Shown in pieces: positions 49,893-62,984 of a stretch of DNA of 64,000 bases. The stretch comes from Botryllus schlosseri. Taxonomy: Eukaryota. Position numbers and translations under genes: made by a program. Location: assembly GCA_051294905.1 (NCBI GenBank), contig CM119371.1, positions 19,098,001-19,162,000 on the forward strand. Direction: 5' to 3'. The notes under the pieces were generated by a model that did no database searches, had not been told where the DNA came from, and saw only the letters and a program-made list of their open reading frames with translations. Numbering within the stretch: the first letter of the stretch is position 1; each line of letters begins with the position of its first letter.

Positions 49893-52730
49893 CAGGAATC
49901 ACCCCAGGTAGCCCGTGAGGACCATACGAGTAGCCCGCGACCCTGTTGTAAAAATAAATCGAATACCAACATTCACCAATATATGTCAGCTTATTACCAG
50001 TGAGCTTTTAAATATATAGATTGATTGATTTAGCTATTCTTGTTTAAATCACACTAACATGTACCGGCAACTTACAAATGACAATGCATGTATATAAACA
50101 CTTAAAATGATGATATCAAATATCCTCAATTACAACTGGTAATATACCAACATGTAATAGAATCACAAGATATCGAAGACGTAGGATGACATGACAGAAT
50201 GCCATCGACGGTCTTTTTGAAATGACGGGGGCTCTGTTATAGTGGCTCGACGTCAAGGACAATTCCAAAGTAGAAAACAACATTACTATTCGGTAGCAGA
50301 TAGCCGTTAAGTACTAGCCGATTTTCAATGTCTGTATGCCCATTGCGTGTTACATCTTTTGAGACAGCTTGTTCCTCTTGTTTAGTACCATGTATTTAAC
50401 TTTCTGTGATCGTTGCTGCTCTCCGGTATAATCAGAATTTGTCATGCTTGGATGATGAACAGTTGGGGATTGGAATTGTAACACTGCAAAATGACCTCCA
50501 CTTCATATCCCACAACAAACTTTTGGTGCCTTGTTGACACGGAAAAGTACAGTGGTGTATGCGCAGCAGCTATGAAGGTTGCAAGCATGTTTGGTTCAAC
50601 TTATGGTTGTGAATCAGCCTTTTCGGACATGAACTTCATCAGAAACAAACAGCCTTTTGGACATGAACTTCATCAGAAACAAACACAGAACACGCCTCAC
50701 TAATGCACATCCGAAACACTCACTCAGAATTGCAGTGTCAAGTTACATACCGGAGTACAGCGCACTAGACATGACTTGCATGCAATGACATGCTTCCCAT
50801 TGACCGATATAGAAACAGATAACATGATGTACATGTCCAGTCTTAAGTGTGACATGATATATTTTAAAATTTGACTTGACCGTTGTTGTACAATTTATAC
50901 AAACAACCATTGTTGTATAATTTATACAAGCATGGTGTGAAGTACAGTCATCTCCCAGTTAAGTACGCAACTTGATCCTGAGTAGTTTGTGCGAACTTAT
51001 GTGGTGGACCGTAATTAGCAGATATACAGCCACCTGGGGTACCAAATTCACAAATTTTGCATTTATTAGCGTAGTCATTGACGATGCGTTACCCATGTGC
51101 GGTTTTGTATGCCATTCTTTTATGCTGGCGTACAGTACAGCACAAGAAATTTGTTGGGTACAATGTTCTCGTTCGCATGATGTCAAGTAAAGATAAGTGT
51201 TGGAGGAAGTGATGAATCCAAAAGATTGGAAGTCATCGTCAAGTTATGTGTGTCGTCCGCTCCGAGTAGAAGTCTCGCAAGATAGTATGGCGTGAGTGAC
51301 GCTGCTATCTGAAAGATTTTGAAAAACAGGGAAGTTATTCGAAGGCGTTCTGCTTTGATGTCTGAGGAGACAACGACAAAAAGTTTCGAACATCCGTTGG
51401 TCGGTTTCCTGAGTCGGAAGATATTCTATATCTTTGGATTGATAGCATGCACCGTGTAAGTCTTCCCGTTCCCCCCTCACTGATCATTGCAAAAGCAAAA
51501 CATCGCTCAACAATTATCGATATCAGGAGATGATTTTAAGGCATCGTGTGGCAGTGGCTTGGCCGATTCATAGCACAGCATGGACTGCAGAAAGTTCTTC
51601 CTCATGGTGAAGGAGATGGGATAGAAAAGAAGACCCAAATGATCCACATTCTATAATTGCTCGTGTGATCCTGAAAATGCGTATATCATGGTTTGACACA
51701 GGGTTGTTTTTCCGTCTGCTACCTACATTTACCTTGCTTATGCCATTCGAATATCTCAGCAGCATCCGAGGGAAGAAGAAAGCTTAACACCGTATGTCTC
51801 TGGTTGTTTGTGCAAATGCCACAGGAACACACAAAGTTCCATGCACATTGATTGGGAAGCCTAACTCTCCGGCCTGTATAAGAAATTGGCGATTCACAGT
51901 CGAGTTTTAGTGATGTGAATGAGATGTTGAGAACGATGCAGACTGAAAATGACACTGACGACCATCATCTTCTTGTGAGACCCCCAGTTGGTATCTGTGT
52001 GTATCTACTTTATTCCGTTACCTCGGCATTTTTTGTGTATATTGTTATTGACCGTGACGTAAAAGGCCGTCATTCGATAGGCGCCATTCCTTTTGTTTAA
52101 TAAACAACAACAACACTGACGATGATGCTGGCCCAAGCAACAATTGTGCCATTTTCATAGCTTCGAACAACTTTAAAAGAAGGTGTTTCAAATTGAGGAT
52201 CAGTTGTGTGTCCTGCCTAACAAGATCAAGCAGCAGATGCTTACTATAATCTCCAACGCACTTTGGAATGCTTTCTGTGACGGGTGACGTGGGAAGCCAA
52301 GCAAAAAAGAATGCAAAATATACATCAGATGACTTTGCACGACATGTTCAGGCATTGAACTTTAGTTAAGTTGACGTTCAACTTTTCCTGACATCTAATC
52401 CTCTGTTTAAAATGAATGAATTGTTGAAAAAGTTGAACCCAGAATTTGTGAATAAATATTGCGTACTTATCTGGGATGCGAACTCAAACGGGTGCGTACT
52501 TAACCGGGAGTTAACTGTAATTCATGATTTCTCAAAAAATTAAATTTCATGATTTCAAAGACTCTCTTAGAATAGAAGTCTTATTACAATGTGATTCTTG
52601 CCCAGTGCTATGAATCTCAAAGCGGAAATTTAGTCTGGTGCGGGTGAACGACGGGAGTAAATTGGCAGCCCGTCGCTTCATTCAGTACCCAAGATACAGC
52701 TCTTGATTGCAAAAAGGTTGGTGACCTCTG
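49893..52730 (+). mobile_element. Charlie/Spin-like hAT transposon remnant
   Basis: Ends caggaatcacc / ggttggtgacctctg; TSD gtctgtat/gtttatat; 50491-50760 encodes SMFGSTYGCESAFSDMNFIRNK..RTRLT..LRIAVS. Confidence 0.8.
50945..52517. mobile_element. TA-flanked Tc1/mariner (pogo/Tigger-like) TIR element nested in hAT
   Basis: ta|cagtcatctcccagttaagtacgca ... tgcgtacttaaccgggagttaactg|ta. Confidence 0.7.
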
Positions 52731-52984
52731 GTTTATATGCTTGACACTTGAAGTTTACTCCAACTACGATTTACCGCTATAGTATGTACGTGGATGAATA
52801 CACAATCGAGTCAGGAAGCCGGCCTGCCAAGTGCTTCATTTTTCCATATCCGACCCACCGGAAGAAGTAGTTACCCGCCACTGAGCTTAAGTAATTCGGG
52901 ATAATGACCACAGCTCTAATTCTATCCACCGGCATGCATGTATGTATAAATCCATTGATCAATCATTCATGAAAATTCTTTGCA

Positions 52985-54493
52985 TCAAAAATTAAACTTA
53001 CGATTTCCTACACTAGCATGAATGTCTTCTCTCTGAAGATGTCTTCTCAAACACGATTTTGTAATGAATTCTTTTTCACATACATCACATTTATGATTCT
53101 TGACTCCAGAGTGAAATTTTAGGTGCCTCTCGAGGTTACCTTTTTGAGTGAAGTCCTTTCCACAAATTTCACATTTACGGCTTTTGATGCCAGCGTGCAT
53201 GGTCATGTGTGTCTGGAACTGACTATTGTTCAGGAATTCTTTACCACATATATCACATTTGTGATTTTTGATACCAAGATGCATAGCCAGATGCACAGTC
53301 AAGCTTGCTTTCCGAATAAATCCTTTGCCACAGACTTCACACAAATGGCTTTCACCACCAGCATGCACGGCCATGTGTGACTTCAGGCTGTTTTCTAGCA
53401 TGAATTCTTTCCCACAAACATCACAGTTATGGTTCTTGATACCAGCATGCATGGCTATGTGTTTTTCGAAGCTGTTATTCTTCAGGTATTCTTTCCCACA
53501 AATATCACATTTATGGTTCTTGATACCAGCATGCATGGCCATGTGTATTTTGAGGTTAACATGATGCACAAATTTTTTCTCACAAACACCACATTTATAA
53601 TTCTTGACACAAGAATGGATATCTATGTGCATACTAAGTTCACTTTCCTGACAAAATGTTTTTCCACATATATCACATTTATGATTTTTGATACCAGCAT
53701 GCCTTTTAAGATGCAAAGTTAATGTAGATTTGAAAGTAAATCTTTTTCCACAGACATCACATGTCTGGATTTTGTCACCAGAGTGAATAGCCATGTGTGT
53801 CTTGAAGTCACTCTTTCGCAAAAATTCTTTTCCACAAACATCACATTCATGGCTTTTGACACCAGCATGAATAGCCATGTGATCCGTGAGGACTCCCTTC
53901 CGCGTAAATTTCCTTCCACAAACATCGCATTCATGGCTTTTGACACCAGCATGAATAACCATGTGTTGTCTGAGACCACCCTTCAACGCGAAATCTTTGG
54001 CGCAGACCTCACATTTATGTCTTTTGACAGCAGCATGCATAGTCATGTGACTCATGAAGTCTCCCTTTCGTATAAAATCCTTTCCACAAACATCACATTT
54101 ATGGCCTTTGAAACCAATATGACAAGCCATGTGTTGATTGAGCTCACCCTTTCGCTTGAATACTTTTCCACAAACCTCACATTCATGGATTCTAACATCA
54201 GCATGCATAACCTTGTGTGTCTTGAGGTCACTCTTTTGTACGAAATCTTTTCCACAAACATCACATTCGTGGTTTTTGACACTAGTATGAATAGCTACGT
54301 GTTGCCTCAGGCCACCCTTCTGCTTGAACACTTTTCCACAAATCTCACATTCGTGGCATCTGAAACCAGCAACCATGTTTGTCTTGAAGTCACTCTTCCG
54401 TGCAAATGCTTTCTCACAGACACCAGCATGCATATCAACGGGTGACTTGATTGCGAATTTCTTGATGGATAGCCTACTAATAATCGAAGTCAT
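52985..54493 (-). CDS. Poly-C2H2 zinc-finger protein, subtype B, 16 complete fingers plus one partial
   Basis: Open ORF; acceptor ttttttaatccag at 54500-54501 followed by ATG (MTSII) at 54493. Confidence 0.88.
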   Translation of the reverse strand: MTSIISRLSIKKFAIKSPVDMHAGVCEKAFARKSDFKTNMVAGFRCHECEICGKVFKQKGGLRQHVAIHTSVKNHECDVCGKDFVQKSDLKTHKVMHADVRIHECEVCGKVFKRKGELNQHMACHIGFKGHKCDVCGKDFIRKGDFMSHMTMHAAVKRHKCEVCAKDFALKGGLRQHMVIHAGVKSHECDVCGRKFTRKGVLTDHMAIHAGVKSHECDVCGKEFLRKSDFKTHMAIHSGDKIQTCDVCGKRFTFKSTLTLHLKRHAGIKNHKCDICGKTFCQESELSMHIDIHSCVKNYKCGVCEKKFVHHVNLKIHMAMHAGIKNHKCDICGKEYLKNNSFEKHIAMHAGIKNHNCDVCGKEFMLENSLKSHMAVHAGGESHLCEVCGKGFIRKASLTVHLAMHLGIKNHKCDICGKEFLNNSQFQTHMTMHAGIKSRKCEICGKDFTQKGNLERHLKFHSGVKNHKCDVCEKEFITKSCLRRHLQREDIHASVGNRKFNF

Positions 54494-55964
54494 AGAAAAC
54501 TGGATTAAAAAAGCAAGATTAGATTTAGCTCGATATTTCAACAGAAAAATTACGTATAATAGACAAGTATTGGTTATCGACAAAACTGAGAAGTCCACAT
54601 GGATTACACAGAAAACGCTGTGCTATTATTTGAATGAGTACAATCGTATTCTTGGCTATTGTTTTCAACAAACGAATGACGGCACCCAACATCTTCATCT
54701 CAGTCTCATATATGATCCACATGTTCGTTATAAGATAAGTATAACTATGAGGTGATCAAGTGCTAAGTCAAGGTTCTTCATACAAATTTTATATCTGTGA
54801 TCTGTGAAAGATGTTGGCTCAAGGTACACTTTGAGAGGTTTCACAACAAATGCCACAATTAGTATTGGCCAACATGATGAACCATGGAACTTGAGATAGT
54901 ACTAAACGCATAGGCACCGAGTTGCGGGATGGCGGAGCACCCCCATGACACGTTTATGGCGTGGCGGCCACCCCATACAAAGTGCTTAAACGCCCGCCGT
55001 CTGCGATTTCAAATTTTTGTATAATTCTATTGTCTTGCTAGTTCGATACGACATCAGCCCAACGAGATCATCATATTCTGAATTTATTGGATAAGTGTGA
55101 GCAGGAACCTTCTATGTTCCAATAAACTTCATTGCTGGATGGACTCTATCGGGTGCAACTATATCGCGGATCCAATTTCAAACCATCGGGATTTCTATTT
55201 CTATTGATCGGGTTGCGGCATGCGCTCATATTGCCCTTGCTGCAATAACACCTGGATAATTAAAATCGCACAATTACACGATCAAATTCGACTGGCTGAT
55301 ATGAAGCAGCGCGTTGTCGGCATAAAAACCCTAGGTGCGTAGCCACTGGGAGTTTCTCATTTATAGCTAGAAATCCCGTTCTTTTGAAATGCCAATTCAC
55401 TAATTTGTATTGATGCTGCGTACTGCAAATTAGCGAGAATCATTTGTATGCGAAATGAGTCATTGGCATCTGAAGTGCGCTGCGCTATCGTCGCTTATTT
55501 GATTTAGCACGTCCGAATGCAGGCCTGCATGCTACAATAGCTGGCATGAACTATCACGTGCACCAGACTAGGCCTGATATCGTTGGTTACCAGCCTGAAC
55601 TGGTCCGTGGACATATTAGCATGCGACACAATAGCAAGCGACACTTGAGCATGCGACACTTGAGCATAGCGACTTTTGGTCATGGCGACTCGTGGGCATC
55701 TAGACACATGAGCACAGAGACATATTAACATGAGGACATATTAGCATGGGGACACATGAGTATAGGGACACACGAGCATGGATACACGTGAGCATAGGGA
55801 CACATCAACATGCCACTGGAGCATGGTGACACATGAGCATGCGATACGTGAGCCTTGACGACACATGAGCATGGGTACACAAGAGCATGGGCACACATGT
55901 GCATATGGACACATGGGCATATGGACACAAAAGTAAATGTGTACATGAGCATGGGGTCACGTAC

Positions 55965-56545
55965 GCATGCGACACTTGAGCATGCAACCCGTCTACATGA
56001 AGACACTTGAGCATGCGAAACGTGGATATGCAGACACTTGAGCATGCGACACTTGAGCATGCGACACTTGAGCATGCGACACTTGAGCATGCGACACTTG
56101 CGCATGCGACACTTGCGCATGCGGCATTTGAGCATGCGACACTTGCGCATGCGACACTTGAGCATGCGACACTTGCGCATGCGACACTTGAGCATGCGTC
56201 ACTTGAGCATGCGGCATTTGAGCATGCGACATTTGAGCATGCGACACTTGAGCATGTTCGACTTGAGTATGGGATATTTGAGCATGCGACACTTGAGCAT
56301 GCGACACTTGAGCATGCGGCATTTGACCATGCGACACTTGCGCATGCGACACTTGAGCATGCGACACTTGCGCATGCGACACTTGAGCATGCGACACTCG
56401 AGCATGTGACATTCGAGCATGCGACACTCGAGCATGCGACACTCGAGCATGCGACACTCGAGCATGCAACAATTGAGCATGCGACACTTGAGCATGTTCG
56501 ACTTGAGTATGGGATATTTGAGCATGCGACACTTGAGCATGTGAG
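55965..56545 (+). repeat. 15-bp minisatellite gagcatgcgacactt
   Basis: More than 30 near-identical units; source of the spurious HATLE/SMRHL/CSSVA ORFs. Confidence 0.95.
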
Positions 56546-56648
56546 CATGATTTGTGTGAAAAGCTTCAGAAATCGCGGTAGAGCAATAAAGGTTGTCATT
56601 GCTCCACATATATTGGAATCGCGTTCACACGTATCAGACGAACTAAAT

Positions 56649-57486
56649 CAGTGGTTCTTAACCTTTTTCATACCGTTACCCCCAAGAAGAAAATGACAGG
56701 ATGCAATTACCCCTTTTCAAAAAATAACAAATTACAGCTTGCACTCAAAGTGACGTCATAATGTACACTGAAATGCCTGTTAAGAATATCAATTCAATGG
56801 GAAGGCTGATGCTGTTTTTGTGTTATCCAGTGGTCACATCTAGGAAAAGGGGAGGATAATAGATAGCATCTCATACAATTGTCAATCACAAACTTATTTC
56901 GTTTTGATGGATACCATTGAAGGAAAGTCAATCAGAAAGTTCAACGCTATTATGACGAAAAATGGTTATTCATTTTGAAGGTGATACCAAAAGGTTCCAA
57001 CATATTCCCATATTTTCTTGTAAGGCATTTCGATGATGCCAGACATAATTTTTTCTGACTGGACTAGACCACTGCACTGTTCAATACTGACAACTATATT
57101 TTTACGATATTGCTACTGCATTATAAGCGTAAAGCTGACCTTAGACGGCCCTTGTTGTCTTTCAATTTGCCAGCATATGTAACAATATATGATCCTTACT
57201 ACTGCAAAATAAATTGGACTTACCTAGCATTATACTAAACTACATTCGACCCTGTTATTCATAATCACTATTGGTTCTGGTTACTATGATATCAGAATAG
57301 GCATGGCATGTTAAGTTAAACAAAATATATATCCTACAAGCTTGCAAAAAGAGATGTTAGCCTACATTAATATTTACGTTATAAGTGCGGCGTCATAAGT
57401 TTATAAGAAATTTCACTTCGAATTACCCCCCGAAAATTGGCAAATTACCCCTTTGGGGGTAATTACCCCCAAGTTAAGAACCACTG
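56649..57486. mobile_element. hAT-like MITE nested in the foldback element
   Basis: TIRs cagtggttcttaac / gttaagaaccactg; perfect TSD aactaaat. Confidence 0.9.
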
Positions 57487-57599
57487 AACTAAATGAATAT
57501 ATCCTTTTGTGAGACGAAAGCGATTACAAATTCGCATTTCGACACGGTACTTATTATTTTATTTTGCGGGTCTCTTTTGATAGGGAAGTTTTACGTGCC

Positions 57600-57990
57600 G
57601 TGGGTGGGTAGGGGGAACATTAGGGTTCGAAATGGGTTAGGGTCCATGCTGCGGTTAAGGTATCCCAAGATTAGGGTTGGGGGTGACGGATATTAGGGTT
57701 GGTTAGGGTTAGGGTTAAGGTATCCCACGATTAGGTTCGGGGATTATGGGTATTAGGGTTGGGAGGGGGATATTAGGGTTAGGGTAATAGGGTTAAGGGT
57801 AAGGTATCCCAAGATTAGGGTTAGGGTTTGCGTTAGGGATATGGTATCCCAATACCAGGGTTGGTTAGGGTTAGGGTTAAGGTATCCCAAGAGTCGAGTT
57901 AGGGTTTGCGTTAGGGTTAAGGTATCCCAAGATCAGGGTTGGGGTGATGGGTATAAAAGTTGGGAGTGGGGATATTAGGGTCGGAGGAGG
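57600..57990 (+). repeat. Degenerate interstitial TTAGGG-derived array
   Basis: ttagggttagggtt tracts interleaved with a ttaaggtatcccaaga motif. Confidence 0.85.
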
Positions 57991-59872
57991 GGAGATATAT
58001 TATGTACGGGCTGGTATAAATCCATGATTTTGACGCTAGTTAAATGCACCTAACATATGAAAAATGCTCAAGTGTCGCATGCTCAAATGTCGCATGCACA
58101 AGTGTGACATGCTCAAATGTCGCATGCGCAAGTGTCGCATGCGCAAGTGTCCTCATGCTCATTTGTCATCATGCTAATATGTAACCATGCTCATATATCA
58201 CCATGTACAAGTGTCAACATGCTGAAGTGTCCCAATGGTTATGTGCCCCCATGCTCACGTGCTACCATGCCCATATGTAACCATGTTGATTAGACTCAAT
58301 GCTAAAGTGTAACCATGCTCAAGTGTCGCATGCTAATCTGTTTCCATGCCCATGTGTCCCCTTGCTCATGTTTCACCCTGCTGATATGTCCCCATGCGCA
58401 TGTGCCCCCATGCTCATGTGTCCCTATTCTCATGTGTTACCATGCTAATGTGTCCTCATGCTATAGCGTCGCATGCTTAACTGTCGTTTTTCATTGTGTC
58501 GCATGCTCATGTGTCGGGCAAACCCTGAACTATCGACTCTACAGCAGAACTGGCGCATGTGATATCATCGCCGGCCTAAATTATAGCGTCTGCTTCATGA
58601 TTTGCCTACTACAGGCCTCGCATGATTTATCTGCGATATCTACTTACGTGATTGTTATGTCATACTGGCTTAACACTCTGACAGCATGAAATTGAATACC
58701 TTTGAATCTGTGCAATCGGCCACGAACAGACTTGAACGGACGTAATTGATTAACGCTAATACTGAAACATCAGAAGATGTGTGTTAAGGCCGAGTTATCA
58801 AAAGATACGACAGGCCTGAATCACCTGAAGTCGGTGCCATTACAGAACAGTGATCAGATTCCACAGTAGACCTCAATCGTATTGATTTGTGAAATAGTTC
58901 GTCGTCACCGAGGTCGCGTAATCTACTGTGCGCGCGAGTCTTGGTGAATAGGGAATAGTTGATATTGAAGTGAGATCTAGGAATCGCAAATTAACCGCTG
59001 GACTCGCTGGCAAACTTACGCGCACACGTAAATTCGTCAACATGATGAAGCTTCTCCTATCCATGTATTATGAGCATTTACCCATGTATTAACTGTAATA
59101 AATTGATGCCAACTTGGTAAATTTGAAACAATTTCAAACCCCTTCCTTTTTCACCTGGCAACCCAGTGTAAAAATAAAAGTCGGCGCCTATGACTAAATT
59201 CACTAACCAAGTTCTGTAGTGATCAATAAAAAGACTTGGAGAAGAAGAAATCAGAGATCATTACCGAGCTCGAATCATTTCAAGCAATACTCCACTTACA
59301 TTCGAGTAATAAAATTGTTATGTGTAACCTACATAAAAGTGGCATTTTAACTCACATGAATTGATTCATATACAAGATATGCAACCAAATTGTTAAAATT
59401 GCGACTTGCAAGCAAATGAAAATAAAAGGAATGAAGAGATACATGGATATGAATAGACCTGGGATTGACTTGTGGTGTGCAGAATATATAGGCATATCGA
59501 GCCAGATGGTATGTCATACTGCATCACTGAGAACACAGGAACAATACCATCATCTAGTGACAAGATACAATTCTAATCGAATTATCCAGGAATGCATCCT
59601 GCGAGTGAAACAACGTCTTATCAAATTTTATTGGATCAAGCAATTATAAAGGGTGGAAATATAGATTTCATGTTGTGGGGGATGAAGATAAAAAGGTTGG
59701 GAACCAATCTTATAAACAGACAATAACTTCCTTTGATGTAATTTCGCAGTTAATGGTACTGCTAGCAGATTCTGCTGTGATTTTCAAATAATCCCGTGTG
59801 TATATATTATATATTCCATCTTCAATGAGTAGGCAACCTATGTATACATCGCTGACGACATGTGCTATAGAG

Positions 59873-60907
59873 CAGGAGGTTCTCAACCTGGGGGGCGAGA
59901 AATTTTTGTATAAATTGTGACTAAACATGTGTTTCACAACCAATCTGAAGAGACGATTATTGAAGATTAAACTTAATTCGTATTCTAAAAAGCTTGCCAA
60001 GCTCAAACTTCAGCAGTCGCGCTCAACGGAGTATAGGCTGGCTTCAACTTCATTTGAGCAAATTTTTGATTATCTTTGAAGATTTAGAGAAATTCTGACG
60101 TGCAAGTCATTCATTACTTTATAGCTTTGGCAGTAGCCTGAATCTCTGTGCGCTAGGTAGCGAACTGCACTGCCTAAGACAAAATTAGATGTAATATAGG
60201 TTGCCCGGTTTCGCCCTCAATTTGGCTATAAATCAACACAATTTAATTCATTTCCAAAACTGATCAAATTTAGCATGGCAGGACAGAACGACGCCGTGCT
60301 CTCTGTAGTCACTACCGGCATCGGGATTAGTTTCAGTGCAACCTAACTTGAAATGGATTGATGTCCTTTTCAGTGTTTTTTTTTGTTATTTTCAAACAAG
60401 TTTGGGGAAGTTTGTCAGCAATGTAAAAGACTAAACAACTGGAATGCGGATTAAACATTGGCGTAAGATATACCTTATGCATATTATCAGATCAGGGGTG
60501 GGCAGCCGGTACGGCCGTAGAAGGGAATTTGTGCGGCCGTCGACGTCTAATTCAATTAGTATGTGTTCGCAGCCGTAGACATGCAAATTGCAATTACGAA
60601 TTCACTCCCGGATTTTCGAGAGGCCGTTGTGAAAAGTAGAATAGTCCTGAGTTCACCGGGAATGGATATGGACAGTTTACCATATGCATTTTGCGTCCAG
60701 ATTGTTCATTGCGACTATGCCCTAGAATGATGCCTTAGGCTACATAAGTAATCGAAATGCGACCATGATAAGCAGGAAGGTTGCCCACCTCTGTATTAGA
60801 TGATGTGCTCTTTTTGACAAGACGATAAATGTAAGGGGGGTCAGGGGGCGCGATTTTTTTGACCATCGCCAAGCGGGTCGCGTGTCAAAAAAGTTCGAGA
60901 ACCGCTG
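59873..60907. mobile_element. hAT-like element with nested MITE at 60493-60793
   Basis: caggaggttctcaacct ... agttcgagaaccgctg; inner caggggtgggcagcc ... ggttgcccacctctg with TSD tatcagat/tattagat. Confidence 0.7.
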
Positions 60908-61523
60908 GAGTAGAGGGTTGAGGCCGAGTCATAGTGTAGTGACTTGAGTCCGAGTTCAAGTCATTGTGTTCACTGTTCAGTTTCGAGTTCAATCTGGTTA
61001 CACCCACTTTTTTGAACTCCGATCAAGCGATATGGAATGGCTCGCATTCATAATATCGTAATTTTCTCGAGTCCTAACAGTCTCCGGCCCTATTTTCAAA
61101 GTATCAGGACTGACAGACGAAATTAATAATGTCGTGACTTTTCTTTACTTTGAAGTTACAATGAAATGTTTGTCTTGGTCATTTTATTCGGGAGTCATAT
61201 TATTTGGTTCGAGTCAAGCACACACAATGACTAGAGTAGGCGTACAAGTGGAGTCAATACATAAATTGACTCTAGAAGAGTCATTTTACGCATTTGGAAA
61301 AATGACTCGAGTCAAGTTGAATTGATCATCAAAATTCCTGACTCGAGCCGACTCGTTACAACCATGGCACGGTGCCTGTTGAAGACGCGCTAGTTCAGGC
61401 AACGATGATATCGCGAACATCAGGCCTGCTCTACCGGATTTTTCAGGCCAACGGTGATATTATGCTCTCTGGGCCTATTGCAGATGCGCTAGTTCAATAC
61501 AACGATGACACCGTGCGCACCAG

Positions 61524-61718
61524 CAATGTTCCCTCTAAGCTGCGCACGTGCGCGAATGCGCAGAGCTGACACGGTCTCTGCGCACAGAAAATCCAAGTTG
61601 CGCACAAAAAATCCGAAGTGATGACCTATTTTTTTAGGAGTTATGCACTGTTTTCCAGGTGTCTGCGCAGTGAGTTGGATGGTGTGCGCAAACTCGTCAA
61701 AAATTAGAGGGAACATTG
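61524..61718. mobile_element. Short caatgttcc-TIR MITE inserted in inverted 51-bp repeat
   Basis: Perfect TSD cgcaccag; homologous to 6881-7076. Confidence 0.88.
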
Positions 61719-62584
61719 CGCACCAGGCCTGTTATAAGCAATTGTTCAGGCCTACTGCAGACGCGCTAGTTGAAGCCAACAATGATATTACGCGCAGCAG
61801 GCCTGTTCTACGCGATTGTTCAGGCCAACGGTGATATCATGCGCTTGCGCACCACACATATCCTAGCCAATAAATGAGGCCAGAGACGATAGCGCACGCA
61901 AAGCAATCAATGCCTTAATTATTGCAGTATTGGAGATAGAATGGGCATTTCAGAAGGACTAGCTTGCAAGTTTGAATAGGAAGGGGCTTTGACCTCCGAA
62001 ACCACCTCTCTAGCTATACGCCTGCGTCGAACACTTTTTGATAGTGGTCAAGTGATGAAAATTACCATCTCAAGTACTGTTGTAGTTGACTCCGCTTATT
62101 TCAGAAACTTTCGCTTGAATGAAGCGAAAAATCAATCGTTCGTTTCATTGTCATGCATGCATGCAGACAAGACATCAAAAATACTATAAACTGTACTGTC
62201 TGGTGATAAATGAATTGCAGCTGCACTACATTACAGTAAACGCATAAGACGCATAAGAGTTGTACGTCAGGTTAGTTGTATTGTAAAATATTGCAATACC
62301 AAGGGTCTCAATAAATTATAAATATCTAATTACTGTGTAACAGACATAACATAAATAAGGTTAAAACAGTAGCCCACAGCAATTATTTAACTACAGTATT
62401 AATCCAGGCACCCAACGGCTGAAAGAGGTTCTGTAAGCCGGGATAACTTTGGACAATTTTCAACAATTCTGATTTGTATCTTGGTAATGCAAGGGTGTAG
62501 GGGAGGCAAGTTTTGTGTTTTCCAGGGGTCATGGAGCAAAGATTAGAATTACCTTATCCAAAATCATCATGGTCATAAATAAGT

Positions 62585-62960
62585 ACCGTAATTTTCCAAG
62601 TATAGTACTCCCCCCTATGTATAATACGCACCCTTAACATAGCATGTATATTCTGGGAAAAAGCCTGTACCCATGTATAGTACGCACCCTGCATTTCAGT
62701 ACATGAATAGTTCCGATTTCGTATAAGATGCTATTCTGTTTTGCGATGTCACTCTTGAACAATCATTACACAAAAACGCTAATCATTATACAATTAGCGG
62801 GATTGTCTTTAAACGATAGTAGATAGCAGCCAAAGCCTGCGATGCGGGCGGCGCGATAGTTCAGACTAGCGAAACGAAATCTTGAGCACGAGGAGATGTG
62901 ATTGCTAATCATTATACAATTAACGGTATTCTCCCTAAACGATAGTAGATAGCAGCCTGA
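62585..62960 (+). mobile_element. Mariner/pogo-like left end with tandem-repeat interior
   Basis: taccgtaattttccaagtatagtac; homologous to ~23613-24000. Confidence 0.55.
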
Positions 62961-62984
62961 TATATCAGGTGAGAATTGAAGATT

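Larger units (their letters stand above)
55602..58523. mobile_element. Foldback-like element with inverted 15-bp tandem arrays and telomere-like core
   Basis: (gagcatgcgacactt)n at left, (aagtgtcgcatgctc)n at right; direct repeat cctgaact on both sides. Confidence 0.8.
54909..59192. mobile_element. hAT-like element (cataggcgccgactt TIR) hosting nested inserts
   Basis: cataggcaccgagtt ... aagtcggcgcctatg; TSD actaaacg/actaaatt; flanks are contiguous in paralogues (e.g. 46070-46110). Confidence 0.8.

Noticed and set aside
53123..54755. Plus-strand ORFs overlapping ZF genes (also at 11682, 15376, 17924, 21.2-22.8 kb, 44.8-45.7 kb)
   Set aside because: Antisense shadows of the 84-bp ZF periodicity.
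55965..56545. CRISPR-like array
   Set aside because: Contiguous units without unique spacers, no cas genes, eukaryotic context.
55725..56696. Long repetitive ORFs (HATLE, SMRHL, CSSVA, MLKCR)n resembling pentapeptide-repeat proteins
   Set aside because: Open in nearly all frames because the 15-bp unit has no stop codon; part of a TIR array, not a gene.
57600..57990. True telomere or chromosome fusion site
   Set aside because: Short, degenerate, single orientation, and enclosed by an element with a target duplication.
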